Assembly (NCBI GenBank): GCA_016748015.1
Contig: JAAOMT010000175.1
Span: 532,212-596,211 of the forward strand
Origin: Geosiphon pyriformis uo1
Lineage: Eukaryota; Fungi; Glomeromycota
Length of the DNA: 64,000 nucleotides
Reading direction: 5' to 3'
Positions 39,071-52,500 of this stretch are shown here, one piece after another. The notes beneath the pieces were generated by a model that was not told where the DNA came from, ran no database searches, and worked only from the letters and a program-made list of their open reading frames with translations. Position 1 is the stretch's first letter, and every line of letters starts with the position of its first letter. The translations under genes and the position numbers were made by a program.

Positions 39071-41447
39071 CATGTAGTAATTAGATAATATTTTTTTGAC
39101 AGCGAAAACTAAGTTTTTCAGCAAGAACCATATAGAAAAATAAATGAAGTATGAAATATGTATAACAACTTTTATAATTGCTAACAATTAGAAAGACCAA
39201 AGTTTAAGAAGTTCAAAAAGGATAAATGAATCTAAATACATGCATCTATATTTTTAGAAATCTCTAATCGTATTTATAAGGGTTTTTTCGTAATACCGAT
39301 TATGTAGGCTATTTATTATAGCTCTTGAATACTTATTTATTCATTTTTGGGTGGGTGGAATATAAATTAATTTTGACAAAGGATCATACAAAATCACAAT
39401 TTCATAGAATGAAGTCTGGAATTGTAGGGTACATTTGTGGCAGTTAACAAACTTAAAGTGTTAACAATTTTGCGAAATGACATATGTTGTTTTTCTTTGA
39501 CTTTATACATTAGTAAATCTTTTTGTGGGAGAAGTTTTCACTTTTTCCTATTTTTTGGTACTTGTCAACCATTTATGATTTTTATGTATACCAGGATCTT
39601 CTTTTTTGTTAATCTTGTTTAATTGTGTAAGTTTTAACACAATAACATTATAAGATTAGAGAGTCATAAAAATTAGTTACAAATACAAATTGGTTGTTTG
39701 CGATTAGCTATCAAGTTTTTATATTTAAAAGCAAAAAAATGAGGAAACATCGAAATATTGACATAATTTTGTTAATCCATCTACTGTTTCGTCAAATTCT
39801 AATAAGTTTTTAACCTTGATAGGGTTTTTCGAATAATGTAAACAACAGAATTCCCAATGTACTAATACCAATCTCGAATCTCGAATCTCAATTTCTATTC
39901 TGATTAAATAATTTTTTTCATTTTAACACATAAATTCTAATGATTAATTTTTTTTAACATTATAATTTACAAAAACTACATTTTGAAATTTTAGTTAAAA
40001 TCTGATTTAATATTAATTTAATTTTAATACTATTTCATAATATTTTATAAATAATTCAAATTCTTGAAATAAACCCAAACAAAGCATTAAAATATAATAA
40101 AATGTTTAATTATTTACTAAGACTGTAAAAAAAAGATAAAATTTAATGATTTATATTATATTAAAATAGGGTTAAAAATCAGAAAAACTGTTTTTATTAC
40201 TTGAATAATTATTTTGAATTTAATATTATGTTTTTTAGATTAATTAATGTTTTTATAAATACTAATTTGTAACAAATTAATTAATTAAAAATACATCATT
40301 TTAAATAAATTATAAATTTCCAAGTTTACAAACACAAAATACATTAATACTAATAATTTGATTTAAAAGAAAAATTTGTTAATCAAACACTTTTCAATGT
40401 AAACATTAAAATATTATTTTATTTAATATTTACCAAATTTTCAGTTTTTAAGTAAATTATTGCATATTAAACCAATAAAAAATTTAAAACCAATATTTTT
40501 TATTCTTAAAATAATAATAATAATTTTTGAGAAAAATTATAAGGAACAATTATTCTTTATTTTTAGAGTTATAAAATATTAAATTAAATTAATTAATTTT
40601 TTTAAAGCTGATTTTTATTATTGTATTAAATTATGTTTTATATTCAATAATTTCAAATACTTAAAATTTACATAAAAATTATTTAAATTATAGATTTTTT
40701 AAGTTTTTTTTTATAAAAAAATTCAAATTAATAAAATTGTAAAACTTTTTTAATTCAAAAACTTATTGTTAATAACAAGATTAAAAAATTTATATTTATA
40801 ATTTTTAATTGACATAAAAAAACATTGAATTATTTATAAGTTTTAAATTGATTTAAATAAAATTTAATATTATTTGTCAAACTTTTTATTATTACTTTTG
40901 CTGAATTGTATCAGGTTTTTTTATTTAAATTAAAGCTGATTCTAAAAATGTTGTTTAATCTTCAGAAAAATTTAAAAATATTTAAAAGGGATTCTTAGAC
41001 AAATTTTGTATTTCTGAAATGACTTTGAATAATTGTGATAACAAGTTTTTTTGGTCGTTTGAAACTTGTTTTAAAATTTTGATCTTTTATCTTTTAAAAA
41101 ATTCAAATTCAGTCAAAGTTTATTCTTGTTAATGATATTCATTTTTTGAATTCTTACAGTTGGTTATTTAAATTCAGAAAATTAATAACTAAATAAAAAA
41201 TTGAAAATGCTTTATCATAAATTACTTGGAAATTTTCTAAAATAAATATATAAATTTTTTACATAAAAAATCAATATAATATTTCGAAATCATTTTAGGA
41301 TATATTCGTTTTTTTTTTCATTTTTAAAGTCACAATACACGAATTCTATTTTTGGAAAATTGAGGATCAAAAGGTTTTCGATACTACAAACAATACAAAA
41401 TCGAATACATTCAATACTCCTTTTTAAAAAGGCTTAATATGATTTTC

Positions 41448-42107
41448 TCATACTTTATACATAACATCAGTTCTAATCACATACTTTCTTCCTTTTAGAA
41501 CCGCTGAGCCTTCATGCAATAAAGGATGTTCAAAAACCAAAACCATCCCTGTTTTTGGCACAACTTTAATTGCTTTTTTATCTAATCCAAAACTAAAAAA
41601 CGTAGTTTCACCACCTTCAAAACCTTCATTCAAATACAATTGTATGGTCACGTAACTTTTCTCCGATCCATCAGGTCTTGTATAACATCCATCACAATGT
41701 GGTGCAAATTTCTCTCCAGGGTCATATCTTAGAAATCTCAAACGTTCATTTAGGCCCGACACTGATTTATTATTCCAAATCGCGGGAACAAATGGTTCAA
41801 TTCGACTCCAAATCTCGGCAGCCAATTCCGTGTCATCGCGAATATATCGAGAATTATTTCGAACGTCGGTCATTAATTTTTGTTGATCCAGGCCTACGTT
41901 GACAAGTGCCTTTTCATAGTTACCATGTTCTGAAAGGTAGATTAGTTGTTGACATTCTTCTGAAGTACACACATTCTCAATGGTTAATGCTAATGGCTTT
42001 TTTACACTCTTGCTGCTTAAAAGATTGCCTAAAAATAATGGACTTAGGTCTAATAGCTCAGGGAATAACTTAGTATTAGGTGGATTATTACGAAGAATTT
42101 CTGCCAT
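41448..42107 (-). CDS. 2OG-Fe(II) oxygenase, prolyl 4-hydroxylase-like; intronless
   Basis: LNERLRFLRYDPGEKFAPHCDG (HxD), TIQLYLNEGFEGGETTF, LLHEG (distal His), KYVIRTDVMY. Confidence 0.9.
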   Translation of the reverse strand: MAEILRNNPPNTKLFPELLDLSPLFLGNLLSSKSVKKPLALTIENVCTSEECQQLIYLSEHGNYEKALVNVGLDQQKLMTDVRNNSRYIRDDTELAAEIWSRIEPFVPAIWNNKSVSGLNERLRFLRYDPGEKFAPHCDGCYTRPDGSEKSYVTIQLYLNEGFEGGETTFFSFGLDKKAIKVVPKTGMVLVFEHPLLHEGSAVLKGRKYVIRTDVMYKV

Positions 42108-43314
42108 TCTTTTGAGATTTAAAAAATTGTAAGGAGAATCTCACAGTATATATATATATATATATATGAGAATTCAATAATAAGAAAGTTCATGAATACT
42201 GCGTTTGAATATATTCCGATCGCTAGTTTCTTTTCGGAAATTCTGGTAACCTCCCCTAATAATGGTGTAACGCACATGTAAAAATCCCACAATGCATCCA
42301 TTCTAAGGAATAAATATTGTTTTTGAGTAATTTAATGTGGCGTTGCTAATAACTAATAAAGTTTGCGCAGTAATATATGTACATGATTCAAATGTGGTTT
42401 CTGTAAACCTTTGCTTGGCAATAATATATTCTAAAATTTATAGTGCTATTATTTAAAAATTGTTTTTTCAAACAAACTTAAAAAATTTTTTTTTAATCAT
42501 TTTCAATTCTCAGAGGTGACTTTCGATACGATAAAGAAATCTTCAATTAAGTGCCGCAAATTTACGGGCTCCATTAGGCACACTCTCAGTTTTAAAATAT
42601 CGTGAAAAAATTCTTTTGGAAAAAGGAATTTTCGTAACAATCTTTCTCGTTACGAATTCAAAAATTTTTAAATCTCAATTAATAGAATAAAGAACCTACA
42701 AAGTCTTAAAATTTACGTTTGAGCATTATGAAGCATTCCTGAATTATGGACTAATTAGGTCTGGTAAGAAATACTTTATTTAGTTTAGAGTTGAAAAAGG
42801 ATTAAATTGAATTGAGATGGTTTTTAGAATTTATTAATAAATTCTAAATGTATCAAGACTTTAAAGCAAATATAATCCTTACTGCATTAGTTAGAAACTT
42901 TCGAAAATTTCCATTACTCGGAATTCCTATTATATAGAGATTGCGAAACCGTTTTTCTTTAAATTTTAATGACTGTTTAAGAAAAAACTGAGGTGATATC
43001 ACGAATTCATCATCATATCATCCAGAATTCTATCATGCCAACATTATTCGGTTAGTTCAGAGTGATAAAATCTTGAGATCAGTTGGAAGATAGACGCCAT
43101 GTCATTTGATAATAGCCGATTTCTCAGAGCAAGATATATTTAAGCAAGCAACTTTTTCGCGAGGGAATCTTGTTGTTAAAGGCACTATCTAACTATTTTT
43201 ATCAATTCAATTTGTAAGCTTCCTGCGAAATCTTAAAAATCATTTTCTTATTCCCAAGTTATCTTAATAAAACGCTTGTTTTCCCTCGACGAGAAACTTG
43301 CCTATGATTCCATC

Positions 43315-45126
43315 ATGTCACATTCTTACACTTTACTTCTAACCCTCTCATTCTTGGCTGCAATATTAATATCTGTGAATAGCGGTACTCAATACTTGTT
43401 CTCGGTATATGGTCCTGCCGTGGGAAAAAAACTAAAATTTTCATCAGTGCAATTAAATACAATCTCAAGTGCTGCGAATTATGGCATGTTTCTTTCAAAT
43501 CCACTCTTTGGCTGGATTGTAGATAACCATGGTCCAAGAAAGTTAGTTTAGGTTTCTTATATTAATTTTTACGATTTAATTGTCACGAAGAATCTAATCA
43601 ATTAATATTTTTTTCGTCAATGAAATTATCAAAAATTCTAGATCCACACTCATTGGTGCTGTGGGTTTATTTAGTGGCTTCTTTGGTCTTGCACTAAGTT
43701 ATAATAAAATATTTCCACCTTTCTTTGGGCTTTGTGTGTTTTATCTCTTCTTGACTGGGGTTGGATCCTCAGCAGGTACTTTCTTCACCATCTAAAACTT
43801 TCTTTTATACGACATTTTAATTTTCAAATTTATCGAGCTCGTACTTTCCGAACCATTTTTCCAAGGCTTCATCGCAGCTCTTACCACTCAAGCTAAGAAT
43901 TTCAAGCATCGAGGAACCGCGATTGGTGTTCCAATGGCTTTTTTCGCCATCTCTGCATTCATTTTTTCCGTAACACAAATGATCTTCTTTCAAGATGATA
44001 TATTTCATTTCCTCGTGTTTCTCGCTTTGTCTACTGGAATTGGAGAACTTGTTGCAAGTTATATTTTGCGAGTCATACCTGCTGATATCGCGGAAATCGA
44101 AACTGAAATGGGAACCGAAAGTGAAATTGGGAGCATTTTCGAAGTTAATATCGAAGAGGCAATGATTAGTGAATCATCATCACCATCATCTTTACAAGGA
44201 ACATCAACAGCCCCAATTCCGAGTGAACATCGTCATAATGAACAAACACCATTGCTTCATCGTAAGCAAATTCATAGCCAAGATGAGGATATTGGAGGAT
44301 GGGAATTCTTCAGGAATAAAGATGCACGTTTTTTATTTCTAATCATCTTCCTTTTGGGTGGATCAGGACTGATGTATATAAACAATGTCTCGTCCATTAT
44401 AAAATTTCTTTATAAAAGCACCTCAGCACAACCATTTAGAGATAAGATGGAAGGATTCAGAGCTGAAAATAATTTACAAATATTTCAGAATTTCCATGTA
44501 TCATTGCTTTCGATCTTTTCTTGCTTTGGGAGAATGTCGGTTGGATTCATCTCTGATCTCACAAAAAAAACCTTTCAACTCGACCGTCTTTGGTTCTTGA
44601 TCCTCGCAAGCGTTAGTTTGTTGTCAGGTCAAGTGTTTGCTGGGTTTTTGGTTGAGAAATTAGAAACACTAGGATTAGCTACGGCATTGATTGGATTTGG
44701 TTATGGCAATATGTTTGGAATAGTTCCTACGATCACCAGTGAATGGTTTGGCTTGCGTCGATTTGGCTCAAATTGGTGAGTGGTATTAAAGTCAGGGTGA
44801 GCTGGACAAAAATTGAGACTTGAGAAAACCAAAATTTTCACACATTTGAAAACTTTGTAGGGGTTTTCTTTCATATGTAGGTTAATTCAATCTATCGATC
44901 TAGTATTTTTCCCGAAATATTTTCACGTAAATTTTAAAATTTTTAGGCGATCCCGATTGGAGGTCAAATGCTATCCCTTTTATTCGCGCTGAACAAAGAT
45001 TTTCAGAACCCACATTGTGCCGGACCGAAATGCTATAATCGTGTATTCTGGGTAAGCGGATTAGGATGTATTCTTAGTATGTTTGCAACATGTTATTTGC
45101 TTTTCAGAAGAGTCACGCGAGATTAA
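43315..45126 (+). CDS. MFS transporter, MCH1/nodulin-like family, 5 exons
   Basis: SGTQYLFSVYGP, GWIVDNHGPR, RGTAIGVPMAFFAISAF, GSGLMYINNV, GRMSVGFISD, ITSEWFGLRRFGSNW|GFLSY|AIPIGGQ; multiple TM segments. Confidence 0.88.
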
Positions 45127-45177
45127 AGAAAAGAATGTTCTGATGAAAATTAATTTAATGAATAATCTGATGTAATG

Positions 45178-45204
45178 ATAATAATAATAATAATAATAAT
45201 AATA
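45178..45204. repeat. (AAT)n microsatellite
   Basis: Directly visible. Confidence 0.9.
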
Positions 45205-45657
45205 GAGAACTGATGAGTCTTGTCATTGACTTTTGTACTGTAAACTTCATCAATTAGTGAGTTGAAAGCTTGAATTATTTAAAGTGAAAAAAAAAAGATA
45301 ACCTTTACAGTAACGTTCTTTTAAAGATCTAACAAGAATTTTTGTCGGAACGTGAAAGCAGTATGGTTTATAAAATTAAAATGAGTGCAACTAATAAGTT
45401 TCATTAAAAATATCAGGATTTAAACTTCATAACCTATTTCCCTCTTAATTATAAAGCTACCTCACTTTTAATTCGCCTAGCCAAGATGAATTGGAATTTA
45501 AAGCGTAGATTGTAAAAGTGAGTAATTTATTTAATTTATACTAATACAGGTTGAACAATTATCTCGTATTTTCTAAAACACTCATGTATCAATTGAAAAT
45601 TGAAGCAAGAAACATAATATTGGTACAGCTGAACGTGAATTAGTTCGATTTGACCCA

Positions 45658-46320
45658 TTATCTTCTGGTAAAAACATGATTTCCATTTCTACGTCCATTA
45701 CCTAAACGATATTGTTCGGCTGTAGCACTTGCGGTATCATTCGATGATAATCCGCTCAGTACTTCACCCCGTTCTCCGATAAATCCAACAGCCCATAACA
45801 AACCTCTAACCAATCTGAATATTCCATATCCCAAGACCGCAAATAGGAATGCAATGAAAGCAGCGAAAAGAGCAAATCCAATTACAGGTAATACGACACC
45901 ACACCCGAGTAAAACAAAGAATCCTTCGACGAAAAAGATAAAACCCCCTGCAATTGCGAAACAAATCAATGTCGTAATGGCCAAATAGCCGAGCATTAGT
46001 ACCACAGGAACTGCGTTTAACGCCGCAGCACCATAAAGGAACCATGCCAATGGTGGGAAATAAGATGATAGAGCTTTGTAGATATCAATTACTGGGTAAG
46101 TCATATGGTATAAAGTGCCGATGAATCCTTTATATTGATCTCCACCATCGTAACCTGTCGTACTCTTGAAAGTTTCCGCTGCTTTCTCAGTAAATCTTGA
46201 TGCTGTTTCGGATACTTTAGCTCTAGCTTCTCGGGCTTTCTCCATAGTGCTTTCGATTAAACCTTGACCATCTTCCCCAATAATGTATGGAGTTCCTTTT
46301 GTAGCATCATCGTCACTCAT
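45658..46320 (-). CDS. Promethin/LDAF1-like lipid-droplet protein; intronless
   Basis: Long uninterrupted hydrophobic block PPLAWFLYGAAALNAVPVVLMLGYLAITTL...FFVEGFFVLLG resembling the LDAF1/promethin P.LA...AVPV...TTL...EG pattern; hydrophilic termini. Confidence 0.7.
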   Translation of the reverse strand: MSDDDATKGTPYIIGEDGQGLIESTMEKAREARAKVSETASRFTEKAAETFKSTTGYDGGDQYKGFIGTLYHMTYPVIDIYKALSSYFPPLAWFLYGAAALNAVPVVLMLGYLAITTLICFAIAGGFIFFVEGFFVLLGCGVVLPVIGFALFAAFIAFLFAVLGYGIFRLVRGLLWAVGFIGERGEVLSGLSSNDTASATAEQYRLGNGRRNGNHVFTRR

Positions 46321-47519
46321 GATCTCGAGAGGATTGGAAGATAGGAATCAGGGCGTCCTTTGTTAATTGATTTCCTTTAAATTTTTTTTAGAGTATATAG
46401 GAATAGAAGGAGAAAATGACTTGTTTCATTCGATATTGAAATATTGAATAATTTGTGCCGTATTTTATAAGTTTTTTTAATCATGATAGCTATCAATGCT
46501 GATTTGATTTTACTAAGTTTCATGCGAAATGTATTTTGGAATGACGGAAATTACGAATTATGATAAAACCATCAAATTATGAGATGATATAATGTCGCCC
46601 TCATGTTCAGGAACCCTAAAAATTATGATCATATAACAGTTTTGTTGCCCCAAGATTTCATGATTAGGAGTTAGCAAAATTAAGCGACCTTAAATCTTGA
46701 TTTCTTGGCAATTATAAATTGTAATTTTGTGATCTTTGACGAAACAATAGCAAGGAATATCAAGCTGATGATGCGACAGTTTTGACCGAAGAGATAATTG
46801 AAAATCTTGTTTAAAAATTTAGAAATAATTTTTAAGTGAAGTTATAGGTTTATATTAGAATTTTAAGGTAAAATATTGTTTGATCACCCATCATCAAATC
46901 ATTATTTTTTACTTAATCACCTTTCAAATATTGTGTATATGATTGAGTTTTTTTAGATGAGTTTAAAAATTTTTAAAAATACATGAAACTGATTTCAAAT
47001 TTAATTAATTGATTCAAATCAACTACAATGACTAAAAAAATGTTTTTTTTTTAACTTTCTTATTGTAGATAAAAAAAAAATCAAAAGAATTTTCTAGGAG
47101 ATTCTCAACATAAAGATATCTAAATTGGTTGAAAAATTCTTTACTAGGAATTCTAATAACAATTCATGATTTTTTGAATGATATTTAACTTAAAATTAAG
47201 TTTGTGTAATTTTTTTGATCATTAATTATTAAATCAGTTGTTTATTATTTATATATTTGTAAAATAAAATTTATTCAACCGTGAATGTGAGACTTTAAAA
47301 GTTTTATTATGAGTTGTTTTTAAGAAGGTTTTGTACATTTATTGAGTAAGTTTTAGACGAAAGTATTTTAAATTTCAAAGAATCGTACAACAAAGAAAAC
47401 GCATATTGCATATAAAATTAAAAATTCAACGTTATTTATCTTTCCAAAGAATCAAAATCTTCAATTTTAATGAATAAGGCTAAACTGGCGATAGCTGAAG
47501 ATATTAATCCTCATCAAAT

Positions 47520-47641
47520 TCAAAGAGAATCTAAAAAGATAGAAGGGAAAAGATATTAGCAACTGGTAGATTATTAAAAATTCGATCGAATTAATTCCTT
47601 GATTTTTTCTTTTTACCTTCAGGGAGGTACAAAAATTCTTT

Positions 47642-47684
<43 letters not shown>

Positions 47685-49129
47685 GGATTGAGAAAAATGG
47701 TTGTTAAATTCGTAAAAAATAAATAAATAAATAAATAAATAATCTAACATAGAAACAAAAAATTACGAAAGAAAACCTGTTGATAATCCACTCGTTTGAA
47801 GTGATAAAGGACGACTTGAATAGATTGCTTCGGAATGAATTGGTTCAGAAATGAATGATTCGTCGATTTCACAAATATCTTCTACATGGTTTTCTGCTTC
47901 TAAAAACTGTGCAACTTCGGGTGTAGACTCATTATACTCAAGGGCATTCATTAATCTTATAAGCGTAAACTCTGCTTCCTTAGCGGTAGGTCGATTTGAT
48001 GGGTTGGGGTCCCAACATTTTTTAATTAGTTCAGCATAGCAAGATGGAATTGTATTAGGAATCTGAGGTCTGACACAATTCAAAATATCCATTATGAGAC
48101 TGATGTTATGAGGACGATTATGAAAGGGAGGCTTTAACGTTGCCAGTTCCCACAATAACATGCCAAAACTGTAAATATCACCGGCTGTCGAGTACTCTTC
48201 ACCTCGAAAAACTTCTGATGGAATGTATGGAACCACTCCAAATATTTTTTTTTCAGCCAACTTTTTATTTGCAGGTTGACATAATCCAAGGTCACAAATT
48301 ATTGCGCTGCCAGGATAATATTGTAAAATATTGCCCGAGTGAAGGTCACGATGAACCATACCCGATTCATGAATTTCAACTAATCCCTCGGCAATACTTT
48401 GGGCTATTTTTAATTTAACATGCCAATTAGTAGAATTTGTCGACAAAAATTTCCTCATATCTCCGTATTCGGCAAAGCAGGTTACGAAACCGAAATCAAG
48501 GGTTTTTGGATTTTGAGTGATGCCAATTACTTGAGAAATCTTATCAATGTATCTATTGGAACTCACTATAGATCTTTCAATATTTATCTATTATAATGGG
48601 GAAAATTAATTAAAAATTGAGCGGTTTGAATAGTATTAAATTTTATCGATAACTGAGTAAAATAGAAATATTTGATTGCCTCTTTAAAGATCTCTTCACT
48701 CAATTCTGGATTATTCATGAATTTTATAGCCACATCTTGGGGTCCGCATCTCTTATGATCTAATTCACCATGGTGTTTTATACTATAGGCATTAAGCTTT
48801 CCATCAATCCAGGTTGCTTTATGAATTGTACCAAATCCTCCCTTTGCAATAAAAGAAATATTCTTGAAGCGGTCATAAGGAATCCATTCATAATAAAAAA
48901 ATTTCGCAGAATCATTTTCATTCATGGGTGGTATATAGATTGGATTTTTGACGATATCGTCAACAGTTGCGTTTCCGCTCGAGAAATCTTTATGAAGCTT
49001 TTCAAAAAATAAGAAACGACATGTTTCACACACATTTTTTCCATTATTTCGGGCACTTAATTTGCACTTTGGACATTCGTTGCAATCATGATGATCGGGT
49101 CGAATTCTATTAATTTGAGGTTGTTCCAT
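47520..49129 (-). CDS. TKL-like protein kinase with Cys-rich N-terminus; 3' micro-exons uncertain (unspliced stop at 47763)
   Basis: EWIPYDRFKNISFIAKGGFGTIHKATWIDG, VAIK, VHRDLHSGNIL, DLG, DIYSFGMLLWE, CWDPNPSNRP; probable GC-AG intron ~48588-48679. Confidence 0.85.
47643..47684. repeat. (AAT)n microsatellite
   Basis: Directly visible. Confidence 0.9.
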
Positions 49130-50465
49130 TGGTTCAATTGAGAATATGAATAATTATGAATAATAGGCTAATTTTACGGGTCTTTGTCAATAAATTTGTT
49201 TTTGAACCGCTAATAATGTGCGTTTAAACTTGGGGATCTTTTATATATTGTTTTTATTCTGTATCCGCTAAACCAATTTTGTTTAATAGACATTCTAGCT
49301 TCACATTTAGTTTTTTTCTTGAAGATTAATTTGAAACGGCTGAAAACTTTTTTCTGCATCAAAAATGTATATAGAATTTTCTATAGAAGTTCTTTGTTCC
49401 AAAGATAATCTAACCTAGTCAAATTAAAAACATCCTATTCTTAAGCTTTTGATTGTGATCAAAGATGGTGTAATAGCATTCAAAACTGCAAGCGACTGAA
49501 ATAAGGAAAGAAAAACGCCATAGTACATATTGTACAATAAGAAATCAAATCAAAATTTTTTCATTAAATGTAGTTTATTGTTTTTCTTGATGCAACATTG
49601 AATCGAGAAAAAACCTATATTTTCTCAAGTTTTTAAAATGTCGAGTAATGCGTGTTTTGAAATTCTTTTTAAGTGAAAGATATCTTGTGAATTTGAAATA
49701 AAAAAATATAAGCAATTAAAAATTTTGAAAAAGTTTTATCAATGAGATATCTATCAAAAAAAAAAACTTTGTGTCATGTGATGATTAAGAATAATCAAAT
49801 AAATTATATCTCCAAAAAGTTTTTTCTATCCAATTTTATTAATAATGAAAAAATGCATATTATTTTTAACCTTTACTTTATTAATAAAGAAATTACAGAT
49901 CCAAGTTATTAAGAAAAATAGATATTTTGAGGGATTAAAAATTCAAACTTGAATTGAACTCTTTACAAAAATGTTATGAACTATATAAATCCAATATTTA
50001 ACTCTGATTAAAAAATTACAATGGGATTTATGCATCCAAAACAATGTATATAATGAATTCTAGTCAAGTTTCAAATTTTTGTAATGGCATCCATCATCCA
50101 TCCATCCATAGATATCATAATCTAAAAAAAAGTTTTAAATTCGAATGATAGGTTTGTTATTGACAAAATATTGAAACTATCATAAATTGAAAAATAACAG
50201 ATAAGAATTAATCACTTATCAGTTATCATTTATTTTGATTTATTTCGTATTAGGATCAAAATATAAATGATCATTGATTGATTAATTTTTTTGAGGAAAA
50301 AAAAATATTCTCTCGTTTTTGTTTAAAGAGGTTAGCTAATAGACTAGCTAAAAAAAGTCATAGACTTTTGAACCACTTGACGAAAGAAAATTTTATAAAC
50401 ATAATATATATATATATATATAATCTTTATAGAAAATAGTGATAAAAAAATTATTTAGGACAAAA

Positions 50466-51892
50466 ATGTATTCCCAATTAATCTTGACTATTTTTATTTT
50501 CTTGGGATTTGTTCAAGTGGTTCGATGTCAAAATAAAGATAACAGCACTGATAAATTTGACAAGTTTGTAGTTTTTGGTGACTCTTGGTCTGGTAAGTCT
50601 GTTTTCATATCTATGAAAAGTTGATTCAAAAGTTCTTCGAAAAAGATTTATATAATCATATTTTTCATTCCTTCATAAATTTTTATTTTAGATAATGGAA
50701 ATACATTTCGTTTGACAGGTGGGAACTTTCCATCACCTACAGAATTTTATTATAGTGGTCGATATTCAGATGGCCCTTTATGGTCCGAATTCTTATCAAA
50801 TGTGCTGGGTACCACATTTTTTGATTTTGCATATGCTGGGGCTTCGACAGAGTAGGTGATAATTAAAAATTTGTAGTCAATTTTGTAATGGTGAATTGAT
50901 TCAGACAATGAAAAATTGAAAATTTGAAAATTTTGTAATTCTTCTAATTTTATTTTATAGCAATAATCAAATTCAAGGTAAATTTAGTCAAACATGTGTT
51001 GTTAAATATATAAATTTTTTTTGGTTCTAAATTCCAAGATTTAAATCTTAAAAGCTAAAACATATTTTATTTCTAATCAAAGGATACGTACCAGGAGGTG
51101 GTCTAGAAAATAATGTTCCATTAATTTCTGTTCCAGGATTGATTCAACAAATTGAAAAGTTTAATGAATTTCAGGCGAGTAAAAATGGGACATTGGATTT
51201 AAGTCGTACTTTGGTTTCGGTAAGTTATTTTTCGATAAAGTTTTTGAATATATAAATTGATAAAATCAAGAATAAAATTTTTAAAATAAACCTACGAATT
51301 AATTTTTTATTAGACCTGGCTTAAGGGAAAACAATATTTTACATTTTCTTACACCAACAGTAGTACTGGTATCACCGTTGCCACCCCTCCTGAATTAGTT
51401 ATTCAATCTTTTCTAGAAGCTTGGAAAAAGCTTTATTCATTCGGTATTCGATTTTTCTTGGTTTTAACCCTTCCTTCTATCACCTCTTTTCCATTCTATT
51501 CCAAACTTCCTTCTTCTCTCTCAAGTTTACTTCAAAATATAACCCAACAACATAACGCTCTTTTAAGTAGCGCGATCGTCAATTTTCAAACAACATATCA
51601 AGGGGTGAAATTTTTCTTTTTTGACTTTGAAAAGTTTAAAATGCAATACGTAGAAAATAGACGAGGTTTCAATAACTTGTTTGATGAAATCGGGGTTTGT
51701 GTTAGAGAGGTTACGAAATATGATACCGAAGAAGTTGAAGGGGAAATAAGGGAAAAACAAGGGGTTGAAAAATGTGGAGATGAAGGACAAGTTTTTTGGT
51801 ATGATTTATGGAATTTTGGACGAGATATTCATAAAGCTTTAGCTGAAAGAATTGGAGGGACGTTCAAAGGAGGCTGGAGGGAACAGTTATGA
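50466..51892 (+). CDS. Secreted GDSL/SGNH-fold protein 1 (catalytic His and block-III Asn absent), 5 exons
   Basis: Signal-like MYSQLILTIFIFLGFVQVVRC; VFGDSWS|DNGN; GRYSDGPLW; FAYAGAS; 17-nt micro-exon 50961-50977. Block III reads WLKGKQY; block V reads WYDLWN instead of WDxxH. Confidence 0.85.
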
Positions 51893-52500
51893 ACGAGATG
51901 TTTGTATTCAAAGGAGAGAGTGATAATTAATAATTTATTCGGGAAAATGAGATTTGAAATCTTGAAAATTTAAAAGAGTTGAAAGTTTAATAAGAATTTT
52001 AACCGTTTTCCCTATATCTATATATATATCTATATATGGTAACTAAAATATTTTCAAAGAGTTTTTTACCGTTACGAATTTAATAAAAGAATATAAAGTA
52101 AATTTTTTAAAATGTGTATTCTATAATCTAAAAAATCATTAAAAAATTCAAAAAGAAAAAAAAATGAGAATTTATATCTGAGGAATATATTCAATAGACA
52201 ATAAAGTTTCATGGTATTTCAATTTTAAATAGAATACGTTTTCTTTATCGAACTTGGTGAAAGTGGGGATAAATTTAAATGACAAATCAGAAAAAGAAAA
52301 TTTATTATTAAAACAATTTTCAACTTTTTCGAAGATGAAACGTAAAATATTTTGAGAATTTGAAAAGTCAAAGATTAATACTTAAAAAAATTAGTAAAAA
52401 AAAAAAATTCTTTGTAAAAAAAAAAAAAAAAAAAATGAAATCCAATTATTAAATCTGCTGAAATTGATACAATATACATGTGACATGTAAATTTAAAAAT

